Notes: generated from the letters alone by a model not told the origin. 51,257 bases of DNA from Patescibacteria group bacterium (GCA_038323715.1 JBBQHF010000006.1:1-51257), one strand, 5' to 3'. Counted from the stretch's first letter, positions 37,797 to 47,872 are shown. Translations and numbers: made by a program.

Positions 37797-39470
37797 ATGG
37801 CAATTGATAAAGATAATTTTAAAATCGCTTATTTCAGCATGGAAATAGCTTTGGAGAGTGATATTAAAACCTATTCTGGGGGGCTGGGTATTTTAGCTGG
37901 TGACCTTTTGCGCTCAGCGGCTGATTTGAGATTTCACATGGTCGGCATAACGCTTTTGAATGATAAGGGATATTTTGATCAAAAAATAAATAACAATGGC
38001 AAGCAGGCGGAATTTCCTACCGCTAATTATAATTTTGCTAATTTAAAAAAATTAAAAGAGACAATTTCTATTAAGATAGGGCGAGACAAAGTTAAAATTG
38101 GCGCTTGGCAGTATACTATTAAAAACACAAATGGATTTGAAATTCCGGTTTATTTGTTGGACACAAATTTCCCTGATAATGATATGGTATATCGTCAGTT
38201 AACTGGAAAACTTTATGGCGGGGATAAAGAATATCGGTTGTTGCAGGAAATAGTTTTAGGCCGAGGCGGTTGGCAGTTTTTAAAAAAGCTCGGTTATAAT
38301 ATTGATAAATTTCATATTAATGAAGGGCATGGAAGCTTAGTGGCCATTAGTCAATTTTTAAATTCTAATAAAAAAAGTATAACCGCTAAATTAAAAGAGA
38401 CTAGAGAAAAATGCATTTTTACTACACATACTCCAGTAAAAACAGCCAACGACGCCTTTCCTCTTAACTTATTTTTGAAATATCAGCCTGATTTTCCTTT
38501 ACATATTAAAGAATTACAGGATGAGCGCGGGGTGAATATGACGATGATTGGTCTTTATTTTAGTGCATATATAAATGGGGTAGCACTTAGCCACGGCGAA
38601 GTTTCTAGCCATTTATTTCCAGGGTATCCCATTCATTCAATTACTAATGGAGTTCACTCACAAACATGGACATCTCCCGAGTTTCAAATTTTATTTGATA
38701 AACATATTCCTCATTGGAGAAAATCTAGTTTATCTTTGCGTAATGCTTTTATAATCCCGACTGAGGAAATTTGGGAAGCGCACCAACTTGCTAAAGAAAA
38801 ATTAATAAAATTAATTAAAGACAAAACCGGAGAGGATTTTAATAAAAATGTTTTTACCATTGGTTTCGCTCGTCGTTTTACGGCCTATAAAAGACCAGCG
38901 CTTTTGTTGAGTGATATGAAGCGCTTATTAAAAGTTCAGAAGAGGGCGGGCAAGATACAAATAGTATATGGAGGTAAGGCGCATCCAGCTGATGAAGGCG
39001 GAAAAGCAATCGTCGCTCTAGTTAATAAAATTAGTCAAGAATATAGAAATAAAATTAAAATAGTATTTTTGGAGGGTTATGAAATGGACATGGCTAAAGT
39101 TATGGTGGCCGGTGTAGATCTCTGGGTTAATACGCCGCTACCACCGAATGAAGCATCTGGCACTAGTGGTATGAAAGCCGCTCACAATGGCGTGCCACAG
39201 CTTAGTTCTTTTGATGGTTGGTGGCAAGAGGGGTATATTAGGGGAAAAACAGGCTGGACCATCAGAGGAGAAAAAATTTCCGGTTCTGGGAGCGTGGACG
39301 AAAAGGATGCTGCCAGTTTATATAATCTATTAGAAACGGAAATTATCCCGATGTATTACAAGGATAGAATATATTGGAAAAAGGTAATGAGATTTGTTAT
39401 TGGGGTGAATGCTTCGTTTTTTAATACTGAAAGGGTTATTAGAGAATATGCCCAAGATGCTTATTTATAA
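37797..39470 (+). CDS. glgP: alpha-glucan phosphorylase (GT35, short form)
   Basis: GGLGILAGD near the N-terminus, and EASGTSGMKAAHNG with the PLP lysine. Confidence 0.92.
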   Translation: MAIDKDNFKIAYFSMEIALESDIKTYSGGLGILAGDLLRSAADLRFHMVGITLLNDKGYFDQKINNNGKQAEFPTANYNFANLKKLKETISIKIGRDKVKIGAWQYTIKNTNGFEIPVYLLDTNFPDNDMVYRQLTGKLYGGDKEYRLLQEIVLGRGGWQFLKKLGYNIDKFHINEGHGSLVAISQFLNSNKKSITAKLKETREKCIFTTHTPVKTANDAFPLNLFLKYQPDFPLHIKELQDERGVNMTMIGLYFSAYINGVALSHGEVSSHLFPGYPIHSITNGVHSQTWTSPEFQILFDKHIPHWRKSSLSLRNAFIIPTEEIWEAHQLAKEKLIKLIKDKTGEDFNKNVFTIGFARRFTAYKRPALLLSDMKRLLKVQKRAGKIQIVYGGKAHPADEGGKAIVALVNKISQEYRNKIKIVFLEGYEMDMAKVMVAGVDLWVNTPLPPNEASGTSGMKAAHNGVPQLSSFDGWWQEGYIRGKTGWTIRGEKISGSGSVDEKDAASLYNLLETEIIPMYYKDRIYWKKVMRFVIGVNASFFNTERVIREYAQDAYL

Positions 39471-39475
39471 ATAAT

Positions 39476-40786
39476 ATGAAAAAAATATTTTTGTTTATAA
39501 CCTTTTTAGTGAGCATCGGAATTATTTTTTATTTCTGGTTTTTGCGCTCAGGTAGCTTGCTAAACACTGGCCAAACTGGTTTATTTATTGCTCTGGGAAG
39601 ATTAGCCGGTTTATTAGCAGTTTATTTTGTTTTGTGGCAATTAATTTTAGTGGGGCGCGTTAAGTTTTTGGAAAAAATTTTTGGCCTAGATAAATTGTTC
39701 ATAGTCCATCATTTTAATGGCTTGTTGGCCTGGATTCTTATTTGTCTTCACCCCATATTTATTATTATTGGTTATAAAATGGCCAACGATAATAGTCTTT
39801 GGTCTCAGATTTTAGAATTTTTATTTAACTGGGATGAATTGTTAACTGCCTTTTTAGCGATTATGATTTTTATTGTGGTCATTGGGGTTTCTACGACAAT
39901 AATTAAGAAAAGAATGAAATATGAAACCTGGTATGTTATTCATATCCTGGTTTATTTAGCAATTATTTTAGCTTTTAGCCACCAATTAGAGTATGGGTAT
40001 ACCTTGCAGAATAAAATATTTTTTGTTTATTGGTACTTATTGTATTGGGCCGCCTTTGGACTATTGGTCTTTTATAGATTTGTTAAGCCGGTTAAATTAT
40101 TTTTAAAACATAGATTCTATGTTTCTAAAATAGAGCAGGAATGCGAAAATGTTTTATCGGTTTATATTTCTGGGAACAGGCTGGCTGAATTCAATTTTTT
40201 AGGCGGGCAATTTGCTATATTTAGGTTCTTGGATTCCAAACTTGCTTTAGAGGGACACCCTTTTTCTTTCTCTCAAGCTAAAAATGGTGATGATATTAGA
40301 ATATCAATCAAAAGTCTTGGTGATTTTACATCTTCCTTATCTAGTAAGCTCAAAGTTGGAACTAAGGTTGTAATTGATGGCCCTCATGGAATATTCACAA
40401 ACAAAAGAACTGCTAATAATAAAATTGCTTTATTGGCTGGTGGGGTAGGAATTACTCCAATTAGAGCAATCGCTGAAAGTGCTCAAGATAAAGATACAAT
40501 TATCTTATATTCCGCTGTTTGTGTTAATGATTTTATTTTTAAAAAAGAATTTGATTCATTTAAGAGCGCTTCTACCACTCATTTCGTAAATGGACAAGCC
40601 AAGGATTGGAACGGCGAAAAAGGACGAATTGATGAAGAAAAAATAAAAAGATTAGTACCTGATTATTTGGAAAGGAGTTTTTATGTTTGTGGTCCACCGC
40701 TATTTCTTAAGAATATTATTAAGACCTTAAAAGATTTAGGTGTTCCAAAAAAGAATATTTATTTTGAAAAATTTTCTCTAAGCTAG
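39476..40786 (+). CDS. ferric-reductase-domain / FNR-like flavocytochrome (bacterial NOX-like)
   Basis: Six-TM N-terminal domain with conserved His residues. The C-terminal region has HPFSFS (FAD), GGVGITP (NAD(P)H) and CGPP. Confidence 0.82.
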   Translation: MKKIFLFITFLVSIGIIFYFWFLRSGSLLNTGQTGLFIALGRLAGLLAVYFVLWQLILVGRVKFLEKIFGLDKLFIVHHFNGLLAWILICLHPIFIIIGYKMANDNSLWSQILEFLFNWDELLTAFLAIMIFIVVIGVSTTIIKKRMKYETWYVIHILVYLAIILAFSHQLEYGYTLQNKIFFVYWYLLYWAAFGLLVFYRFVKPVKLFLKHRFYVSKIEQECENVLSVYISGNRLAEFNFLGGQFAIFRFLDSKLALEGHPFSFSQAKNGDDIRISIKSLGDFTSSLSSKLKVGTKVVIDGPHGIFTNKRTANNKIALLAGGVGITPIRAIAESAQDKDTIILYSAVCVNDFIFKKEFDSFKSASTTHFVNGQAKDWNGEKGRIDEEKIKRLVPDYLERSFYVCGPPLFLKNIIKTLKDLGVPKKNIYFEKFSLS

Positions 40787-40823
40787 TTTAATTAATAAAA
40801 TTAATAAATTAACTATAAATCAT

Positions 40824-41120
40824 ATGCCAAAAAAAACAAACGCCAAGACAAATACAAAAACTAACGAAAAAACTAATACCAAGAAAACCTTTAATGAACA
40901 ATTTAAAGTTTCTGGTGAAGAAATTTTAGATAGGGTTAAAAAGTTAATCAAAGAAGGGAACGTTCGTCGAATTATTATTAAGAACGAGAAGGGCAAAACG
41001 CTGATGGAAATCCCGGTTACTTTTGCTGTTGTTGGTGCTTTTTTTGCGCCGATGCTCGCGGCTATTGGCGCTTTAGCGGCCCTACTAACCAAAGCCACAA
41101 TTGAAGTAGAGAGAAAATAG
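40824..41120 (+). CDS. DUF4342-like small protein
   Basis: FKVSGEEILDRVKKLIKEGNVRRIIIKNEKGKTLMEIPVTFAVVGAFFAPMLAAIGALAAL matches my memory of the DUF4342 pattern. The mirror ORF on the minus strand is rejected. Confidence 0.7.
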   Translation: MPKKTNAKTNTKTNEKTNTKKTFNEQFKVSGEEILDRVKKLIKEGNVRRIIIKNEKGKTLMEIPVTFAVVGAFFAPMLAAIGALAALLTKATIEVERK

Positions 41121-41133
41121 TAAATTGTTAAAC

Positions 41134-41167
41134 AAAAAAAGAGGCTCATTATTGAGCCCCTTTTTTT
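41134..41167. terminator. bidirectional terminator between convergent genes
   Basis: GGCTCA-TTAT-TGAGCC hairpin flanked by an A-run and a T-run. Confidence 0.7.
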
Positions 41168-41176
41168 GTTTTATTG

Positions 41177-42550
41177 TTAAGCAATTATTTTTAAGATTTC
41201 AGCTGTTTTTTCTTGCATTTTTTCTGTGGTGACGGCTTCTAGATTTAGTCTCACTTTCTCTTCGGTATTAGAGCCTCTGACATTAAACCAAAAATCTGGA
41301 TAAGTAACGCTAATGCCATCCAATTTAGTAATTTGGCCATCAGAAAAAGCTTCTTCAATCTTTTTAAATACTACTTCCTTATCTTTAACCTCGCTATTGA
41401 TTTCACCCGAGGCAAAGTATTTATTATATGGCTCTATATATTCAGAGACAGCTTGGTTGATTGAAGAAAATTCAGTTAAGAGCTTCATTATCATAATGCT
41501 CGGATATTCAAAACAACCAAATTCAGTGTTTAAATAGAAGTGCCCAGAAGATTCTCCTGCAAAATAAATATTTTCTTTTATCATTTGTTCTTTAATGAGC
41601 GAGTGTCCAACTCTGGTGATAATTGCCTCTCCTCCGTTATCAGTTATTAAGTCTACTGTAATTTTTCCCGGTCTAACATCATAACCTATTTTTGCGCCCG
41701 GTTTATCTTGTAAAAAAATTTTAGCCAATAGCCCCCTGATTATCGCCGGATTAATTGTCTTTCCTTTATTGTCCACAAAAAATATTCTATCACCGTCACC
41801 ATCTGTAGAAATTCCTAAATCAGCTTTGTTAGTTAAAATAGATTTTTTTAATTGTTCTAAATTTTCTTCTTTTAGGGGGTCAGCCTCATGGGCGGGAAAG
41901 GAGCCGTCTAATTTAAAGTTAAGTGGAATTAATTTAATTGGTAATTTTTCTGACAGTTTTTGTAGATAAGTTGCTCCCATGCTGTTGGCGGCATCGGCCA
42001 CAATGGTTAGCGGTTTAATTTTTGTTATATCTATTCGACTTAAAGAATAATTTATCTCTTCATCCAAAACGCCAGATAATTCTATCACCGCCCCTTTTGT
42101 TTTGGAGGGAAGAAATTTATTTTCTATGATTTTTTCTTTAATAAAATCGATGCCAGTTTCACCACTAACAGGAAGTCCCATTTTTCTGACTAATTTAAAG
42201 CCATTCCATTCTTTTGGATTATGCGAAGCGGAAATCATTATTCCGCCGTCATATTTATATTTCCCCACTGTAAAATAAAAAGTTGGCGTTGAAACAGTCC
42301 CGACATCAACCACGTTTGCCCCACCATCCACCAATCCTCTAATCAAATTAATTTTGAGTAGTGGGGAAGATAAGCGCATGTCACAACCAACCGTGATTGT
42401 TAAACTCTTGTTCGGGTCGTAATCGGGGTCGTTTTTTCTCAGTTCAATAAAAGCTAGTCCTAATAAATAGGCTAACTCGTTATCAAAGTCTTCTCCGTAT
42501 ATACCACGAATGTCGTAGGCTTTAAATATTTTCGGATTTATTGGTAGCAT
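41177..42550 (-). CDS. phosphoglucomutase/phosphomannomutase
   Basis: FKAYDIRG, the active-site loop ISASHNP, metal loop ISTDGDGDR, and GESSGH. Confidence 0.93.
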   Translation of the reverse strand: MLPINPKIFKAYDIRGIYGEDFDNELAYLLGLAFIELRKNDPDYDPNKSLTITVGCDMRLSSPLLKINLIRGLVDGGANVVDVGTVSTPTFYFTVGKYKYDGGIMISASHNPKEWNGFKLVRKMGLPVSGETGIDFIKEKIIENKFLPSKTKGAVIELSGVLDEEINYSLSRIDITKIKPLTIVADAANSMGATYLQKLSEKLPIKLIPLNFKLDGSFPAHEADPLKEENLEQLKKSILTNKADLGISTDGDGDRIFFVDNKGKTINPAIIRGLLAKIFLQDKPGAKIGYDVRPGKITVDLITDNGGEAIITRVGHSLIKEQMIKENIYFAGESSGHFYLNTEFGCFEYPSIMIMKLLTEFSSINQAVSEYIEPYNKYFASGEINSEVKDKEVVFKKIEEAFSDGQITKLDGISVTYPDFWFNVRGSNTEEKVRLNLEAVTTEKMQEKTAEILKIIA

Positions 42551-43664
42551 AATGTAAAATACTTCCTAACCCGAGCCAAATAGCTAATAAGCTGATAATC
42601 CAGCCGACGATGGGAAGTGAATATAATAAAGAAAGAATAATCGTTCCTAATAATAGAGACCAAAACAAATGAGCTTGTATTTTTTTTGCTAAATCTTTTA
42701 TTAATAGTTCTCCTAATAAGATTGCGGCCACGGCTTTAGCAATAATCATGCCGGCCAACAACAAGCCCCCTAAAGCGATTGCTAGCGGTATGCCAATAAT
42801 AGATAGAGCCAAGAGAATTGCTAATGGCGGGATTGTTAATAAAGTAATTGCTCCAATTAATATAATTTTTCCTGGCCTTTGTTTAATATTTAAGACAATT
42901 TTTTTAGTTTGTTGCGGGAGTATAAACACAAAAATCAATCCAATCACCATAATTGAAAGGATGGAAAATAGTCTTCCCCAGGCCCAGGTGGTGGCATTAT
43001 TTTTTTCTTTTACAACCGGAATTTGATAATTAATTTGACCAGCAATATCAGCCCCTTCTGTTATATTGGCTTTATTTTGGGCAGTATAATTTAAATCCCC
43101 ATTAATAATAGCCTCTTTTGCGATTATTATATTTTGCGACTGCGACTCATTATATATTTTTATAATTACATTTTTACCAACTTTACCCGATATAATAGAA
43201 TCTCGGCCATAAACATTTAAACTACCATTTATAACACCCTTAACTTGAGAGCTTGAAGCTCCAATTAAAGCGTCCCAACCTATTCTAGCCCCATCACCAA
43301 CTACGACGTCAGAGCCAAAAGCATTTAAATTTCTGGCGATGACATTGTTAATTATGATTGAATTACCGACCACGCGAACATTTCCGCCGACATCTCCGGC
43401 TATATTTATATTTTGGGCAGCGACAATGATATCTCCTTCAACCCGACCGTTAACGGTAATTGATCGAGCCGCAGCTATTAAATCGCCAGTAATCACCCCG
43501 TCAACAGTAATGGTGTCGCCGACCGCAAACAAATTGCCAGATACCACATCGCTCTTAGATATGAAAACAGCCTGACTTGCATTAGTCCCGGCAGCTTTTA
43601 AAGCGGCAATTGGGAAAGCGATAATTATTAAAAATATTAATATTTTGAGTAGTTTCTTTTTCAT
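42522..43664 (-). CDS. signal-peptide-bearing bactofilin-like (polymer-forming, beta-helix repeat) protein with a C-terminal polytopic membrane domain
   Basis: Repeated V.G.I.GD/N units (VDGVITGDLIAAARSITVNGRVEGDIIVAAQNINIAGDVGGNVRVVG), then about four or five TM helices. Overlaps the PGM/PMM start by 29 nt. Confidence 0.65.
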   Translation of the reverse strand: MKKKLLKILIFLIIIAFPIAALKAAGTNASQAVFISKSDVVSGNLFAVGDTITVDGVITGDLIAAARSITVNGRVEGDIIVAAQNINIAGDVGGNVRVVGNSIIINNVIARNLNAFGSDVVVGDGARIGWDALIGASSSQVKGVINGSLNVYGRDSIISGKVGKNVIIKIYNESQSQNIIIAKEAIINGDLNYTAQNKANITEGADIAGQINYQIPVVKEKNNATTWAWGRLFSILSIMVIGLIFVFILPQQTKKIVLNIKQRPGKIILIGAITLLTIPPLAILLALSIIGIPLAIALGGLLLAGMIIAKAVAAILLGELLIKDLAKKIQAHLFWSLLLGTIILSLLYSLPIVGWIISLLAIWLGLGSILHYATNKSENI

Positions 43665-43735
43665 AGCAATCCTTGTTAAAATTAAAAAAATATTGTATTG
43701 TTAATTAGATTATACGATAATTATACTATAAAAAA

Positions 43736-45361
43736 ATGCCAGAAGCAATAAAAAAATTAATCTTAGAAAATATAGGGAATATTAAAAATAGGGACAAACT
43801 TGAGGATATTAAGCGTTCTTTGTGTAAAGAATTTAAAATTGATTCTATTCTTAATTCTGATATTTTAAAGCAATATCGTGAATTTTTGGAAAAAGGTTTG
43901 GTTGAAAAATCGGAGTCATTTGAAACGCTTCTTAGAAAAAGATCTATTCGTACTTTGTCTGGAATTGCCCCAGTAGCGGTTTTAACAAAATCATATCCTT
44001 GCCCTGGCACTTGTGCTTATTGCCCCAGAGAAAAAGATGTGCCCGTTAGCTATTTAGCTAATGAACCAGCAGTTATGAGAGCAATTCGTTGCCAATACGA
44101 CCCCTATAAACAGGTAGTTTTCCGTCTAAAAGCTTTAGAAAATAATGGGCATGAACCAGAAAAAATAGAAATTATTGTTATCGGCGGGACCTGGAGCTAT
44201 TTGCCTATAAAATATAAATATTGGTATATCGCTAATTGTTTTAGGGCGGCTAATGATTATAATCGTTTAAAAAAAAATAAACTCTCAAGCACAAAAAAGA
44301 CTGATAGTTTTAAGGCTAATATTAAATCTTTTTATAAACAAAATCTTAGCTTAAGCGCCTTGAAAGATGCTTTAACCCTGGAACAAAAGAAAAATGAATC
44401 GGCTAAATATAGAATTATTGGCTTAACTTTAGAAACCAGACCGGATTATATTAATGCGACAGAACTAATAGAGATGAGAACATTTGGTTGTACTAGGGTT
44501 GAAATGGGGGTGCAAGCAGTAGATGACAAAATTTTAAAAATAAATAAACGCGGGCACGGAATTAAAGAAATAGCCGATGCTACTAAACTGCTAAAAGAAT
44601 ATGGTTTTAAGGTAACTTATCATATAATGCCTGCGCTACCGGGGTCCACCTCTCAAAAAGATTTTATAATGTTTAAAAAATTATTTATTGATGAACGCTT
44701 TCAGCCTGATCAAATCAAATTTTACCCCACAGTAGTTACCCAGGGGAGTTTATTGTATAAGTGGTACAAACAAGGGAAGTATAAACCATATTCCGATAAA
44801 GTCCTGCAGGCCTTAATTGTTAAATGTAAAGAAATAGTTCCGACATATGTTCGTATTATTAGATTAATTCGTGACATTCCCGGGGAGTCCATTATCGCTG
44901 GCAATAAAATTACCAATTTAAGGCAAGTGATGCAACAACGGGGGGTAAAATGTAAATGTATTCGTTGTCGAGAGGTTAAGGATGGCAAGATTGTTGACCC
45001 TAAAATAAACGTGATTGAGTATTCAGCATCCGGGGGCAAGGAATATTTTATTAGCGCTGATAGTCAGGATGCTAAAGTTTTGTATGGATTTTGTCGTTTA
45101 AGACTAGATAACAATAGTCCGATTGCCCCCGCGCTTATTAGAGAATTACATGTCTATGGTAAATTAGTTTCTGTTGGCGGTGATAAAAAGGTTCAACACA
45201 GCGGCTTAGGTAAACAACTTTTAGCTCATGCTGAAGATATTATTAAAGCTCATCAAATATCAAAAGTAGCGATTATTTCTGGCGTTGGTGTTCGGGGATA
45301 TTATAAGAAAAGGGGTTATAAATTGAAATCAAGCTATATGACCAAGACGCTTAAAGGCTAA
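43736..45361 (+). CDS. elp3: Elp3-like radical SAM + GNAT acetyltransferase (tRNA U34 cm5-type modification enzyme homologue)
   Basis: The CPGTCAYCP radical-SAM cluster motif, a TIM-barrel region (GLTLETRPD, RVEMGVQ), and a C-terminal GNAT with the QHSGLGKQL acetyl-CoA loop. Confidence 0.88.
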   Translation: MPEAIKKLILENIGNIKNRDKLEDIKRSLCKEFKIDSILNSDILKQYREFLEKGLVEKSESFETLLRKRSIRTLSGIAPVAVLTKSYPCPGTCAYCPREKDVPVSYLANEPAVMRAIRCQYDPYKQVVFRLKALENNGHEPEKIEIIVIGGTWSYLPIKYKYWYIANCFRAANDYNRLKKNKLSSTKKTDSFKANIKSFYKQNLSLSALKDALTLEQKKNESAKYRIIGLTLETRPDYINATELIEMRTFGCTRVEMGVQAVDDKILKINKRGHGIKEIADATKLLKEYGFKVTYHIMPALPGSTSQKDFIMFKKLFIDERFQPDQIKFYPTVVTQGSLLYKWYKQGKYKPYSDKVLQALIVKCKEIVPTYVRIIRLIRDIPGESIIAGNKITNLRQVMQQRGVKCKCIRCREVKDGKIVDPKINVIEYSASGGKEYFISADSQDAKVLYGFCRLRLDNNSPIAPALIRELHVYGKLVSVGGDKKVQHSGLGKQLLAHAEDIIKAHQISKVAIISGVGVRGYYKKRGYKLKSSYMTKTLKG

Positions 45362-45372
45362 ACACTTTTATT

Positions 45373-45401
45373 TTGACAAAATAGAGTTCCAGAGATAATA
45401 T
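45373..45401 (+). promoter_or_regulatory. sigma70-like promoter for glyA-folD
   Basis: TTGACA (45373-45378), 17-nt spacer, TAATAT (45396-45401). Confidence 0.5.
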
Positions 45402-45426
45402 AAAGTCAGATAATAATCAAAAAAAT

Positions 45427-46671
45427 ATGCAATACGACCATCTAAAAAATCAAGACGAGCCAGTTTTCGAGATTATAGAGCGGGAAGAAAAACGTCAAAA
45501 TGAAGAGATTGAATTAATCGCTTCCGAAAATTACGTTTCCCCGGCAGTTTTAGAAGCGATGGCGACTGTCTTAACCAATAAATATAGCGAAGGTTATCCT
45601 GGCCATCGTTATTATGGTGGTAATTATATTATTGATGACATTGAGAATTTAGCGATTGAAAGAGTTAAAAAATTATTTGATGCTGAGCATGTAAATGTGC
45701 AACCTTTATCTGGGTCTCCGGCAAATGCTGCTGTTTATATGGCCTTTTTAAATCCCGGAGATAAAGTTTTAGGCTTGAAACTGGATCATGGCGGACATTT
45801 ATCTCATGGCCATAAGGTCAATTTTTCTGGACGTTTATATAATTTTGTTCAATATGGCGTTAATTCAGAAACTGGCATTATTGATATGGATGAGGTTAGA
45901 GAAATTGCTTTAAGAGAAAAACCAAAAATGATAGTCGCTGGTTTTAGCGCCTACTCTAGGGAAATTGATTGGCAAAAATTTAAAGATATTGCTGACGAAA
46001 TTGGGGCTTATACTTTTGCCGACATTGCTCACATCGCTGGGTTAATCGCGGGCAAACAATTAAAGAATCCAGTGCCAATTTTTGATGTTGTATCTACCAC
46101 CACGCACAAAACTTTACGTGGCCCAAGAGGGGCAATTATAATGTGTAAAGAAAAATATGCCAAGCAAATTAATAGCGCTGTTTTTCCGGGAATGCAGGGC
46201 GGTCCGCATGATCATATTACTGCCGCTAAAGCAGTTGCCTTTGGCGAAGCCTTGAAACCTGAATTTATAGAATATTCCGCTCAAATTATTAAGAACGCTC
46301 AAGCGATGGCCGCGGAATTTATTAAGCTAGGCTATAGAATAGTTTCCGGTGGTACTGATAATCATTTAATGGTAGTTGATTTATCAAATAAAAACACAGT
46401 TGGGAAAGAAGCGGAAAAGGTTTGGGAAAAAATTGGGATTTCTGTATCTCGCTCCACGATTCCTAATGATCCTAATCCACCGATGAATCCATCGGGCGTG
46501 AGAATTGGGACCCCAGCCATAACAACTAGAGGAATGAAAGAAGGTGAGATGAGACAACTCGTTTCTTATATGGATGAAGCACTTATAAATAAAGAAGATG
46601 AGCAAAAATTATCCGAAATAAAAGAGGCAATTAAAAAAATGTGTGAACAATTTCCGATTCCCACAAAATAA
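45427..46671 (+). CDS. glyA: serine hydroxymethyltransferase
   Basis: LIASENY, SGSPAN, and TTTHKTLRGPRG with the PLP lysine. Confidence 0.97.
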   Translation: MQYDHLKNQDEPVFEIIEREEKRQNEEIELIASENYVSPAVLEAMATVLTNKYSEGYPGHRYYGGNYIIDDIENLAIERVKKLFDAEHVNVQPLSGSPANAAVYMAFLNPGDKVLGLKLDHGGHLSHGHKVNFSGRLYNFVQYGVNSETGIIDMDEVREIALREKPKMIVAGFSAYSREIDWQKFKDIADEIGAYTFADIAHIAGLIAGKQLKNPVPIFDVVSTTTHKTLRGPRGAIIMCKEKYAKQINSAVFPGMQGGPHDHITAAKAVAFGEALKPEFIEYSAQIIKNAQAMAAEFIKLGYRIVSGGTDNHLMVVDLSNKNTVGKEAEKVWEKIGISVSRSTIPNDPNPPMNPSGVRIGTPAITTRGMKEGEMRQLVSYMDEALINKEDEQKLSEIKEAIKKMCEQFPIPTK

Positions 46672-46680
46672 AAATAATGT

Positions 46681-47484
46681 ATGGTACAAAATATAGACGG
46701 GAAAAAAATTGCTGAGAGAATTAAGGATGAAGTTGCTCTCTCAATTCATAAAATTAATGGACCAAGGCCTAACTTGGCCATTATTTTAGTTGGAGAAAGA
46801 GAGGATTCTAAAATTTACGTTAATTTAAAACAGAAGGAGGGAAAAAGAATTGGCGTGGATACTCATCTTTATCATTTAGATGCTGATGTTTCTGAAAAAG
46901 AATTATTTGATGTAATTAATTTTTTAAACAAAGATATTTTGATTGATGGAATTTTGATTCAGCTGCCTTTGCCGCCAAAATTTAATGCTGATAAAATTAT
47001 TGCTGCGTTGGACCCCTTTAAAGATGTAGACGGCTTCCATCCTAATCATCCAAATTATTTAGTATCCCCAGTTTTAGCTTCCGTGTCTGCTTGTTTAGAA
47101 GAAATTAAGATGTCGGGTGATAAAAAAACGGCTTGTATCCTTTATAATTCTGATATATTTGGCAGAGGATTAGAAGACGTAGCAAAAAAACAAGGATTTA
47201 TAATTTGTGAAAAAGATAAAATAGGAGAAGCGGATTTGATTGTGACAGCGCTCGGAGAACCGAATAAAATAAAAAAAGAAATGGTAAAAGAGGGGGTCGT
47301 TGTTATTGATATCGGGATTTCTAAAGTTGGTGATAAAGTTTATGGTGATGCTGATTATGAAGATTTAAAAAATAAAGCTTCTTATATAACCCCTGTTCCT
47401 GGAGGAATAGGGCCGATGACTATCGCCTTTTTATTCCAAAATGTTTTAGAGATTTTTTTGCGTCGTTTGGAGTTTGAAAAATAA
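46681..47484 (+). CDS. folD: bifunctional methylenetetrahydrofolate dehydrogenase/cyclohydrolase
   Basis: ILVGEREDSKIYV..K, GILIQLPLP, DVDGFHP, and PVPGGIGPMTIA. Confidence 0.93.
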   Translation: MVQNIDGKKIAERIKDEVALSIHKINGPRPNLAIILVGEREDSKIYVNLKQKEGKRIGVDTHLYHLDADVSEKELFDVINFLNKDILIDGILIQLPLPPKFNADKIIAALDPFKDVDGFHPNHPNYLVSPVLASVSACLEEIKMSGDKKTACILYNSDIFGRGLEDVAKKQGFIICEKDKIGEADLIVTALGEPNKIKKEMVKEGVVVIDIGISKVGDKVYGDADYEDLKNKASYITPVPGGIGPMTIAFLFQNVLEIFLRRLEFEK

Positions 47485-47532
47485 AAAATCACCTTCGGTT
47501 AAAAAGATGATTTAAGATGTTATGATGAGATT

Positions 47533-47799
47533 TTATTCTACATCATTTTTGGGAGATTCTTCTCCGCGATGCCACCATTTTTCGGCGGCTTCAGGATTGA
47601 TTCCCCAAATGCCAGCGCCGAGAAGTAGAATGCCGACAGCCATAAAGGAAAATGATCCAATATCCCGAGGGTCAATAATCATTAGATAAATTCCGCCCCA
47701 AATAAAGATGACGGATAAAAATGTTATCCCGATTAGTCGGAGAATTAATTCGCCGCGACCCAATGGGGATGTTCTGAAAAAAATAATTAAATTTTTCAT
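47533..47799 (-). CDS. hypothetical small membrane protein (88 aa)
   Basis: Two or three hydrophobic helices. No family recognised. Confidence 0.45.
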   Translation of the reverse strand: MKNLIIFFRTSPLGRGELILRLIGITFLSVIFIWGGIYLMIIDPRDIGSFSFMAVGILLLGAGIWGINPEAAEKWWHRGEESPKNDVE

Positions 47800-47872
47800 T
47801 TTGACTTTATTTTTTGGTTTTTAATTAAAGAACGAAGCATTAATGAATATATTATATCACTTTTAATCAATT

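Noticed and set aside
40820-41149. 109-aa minus-strand ORF mirroring the 98-aa plus-strand ORF
   Set aside because: The plus-strand product matches the DUF4342 pattern and fits the operon direction and the downstream bidirectional terminator. The minus-strand translation is low-complexity and hydrophobic.
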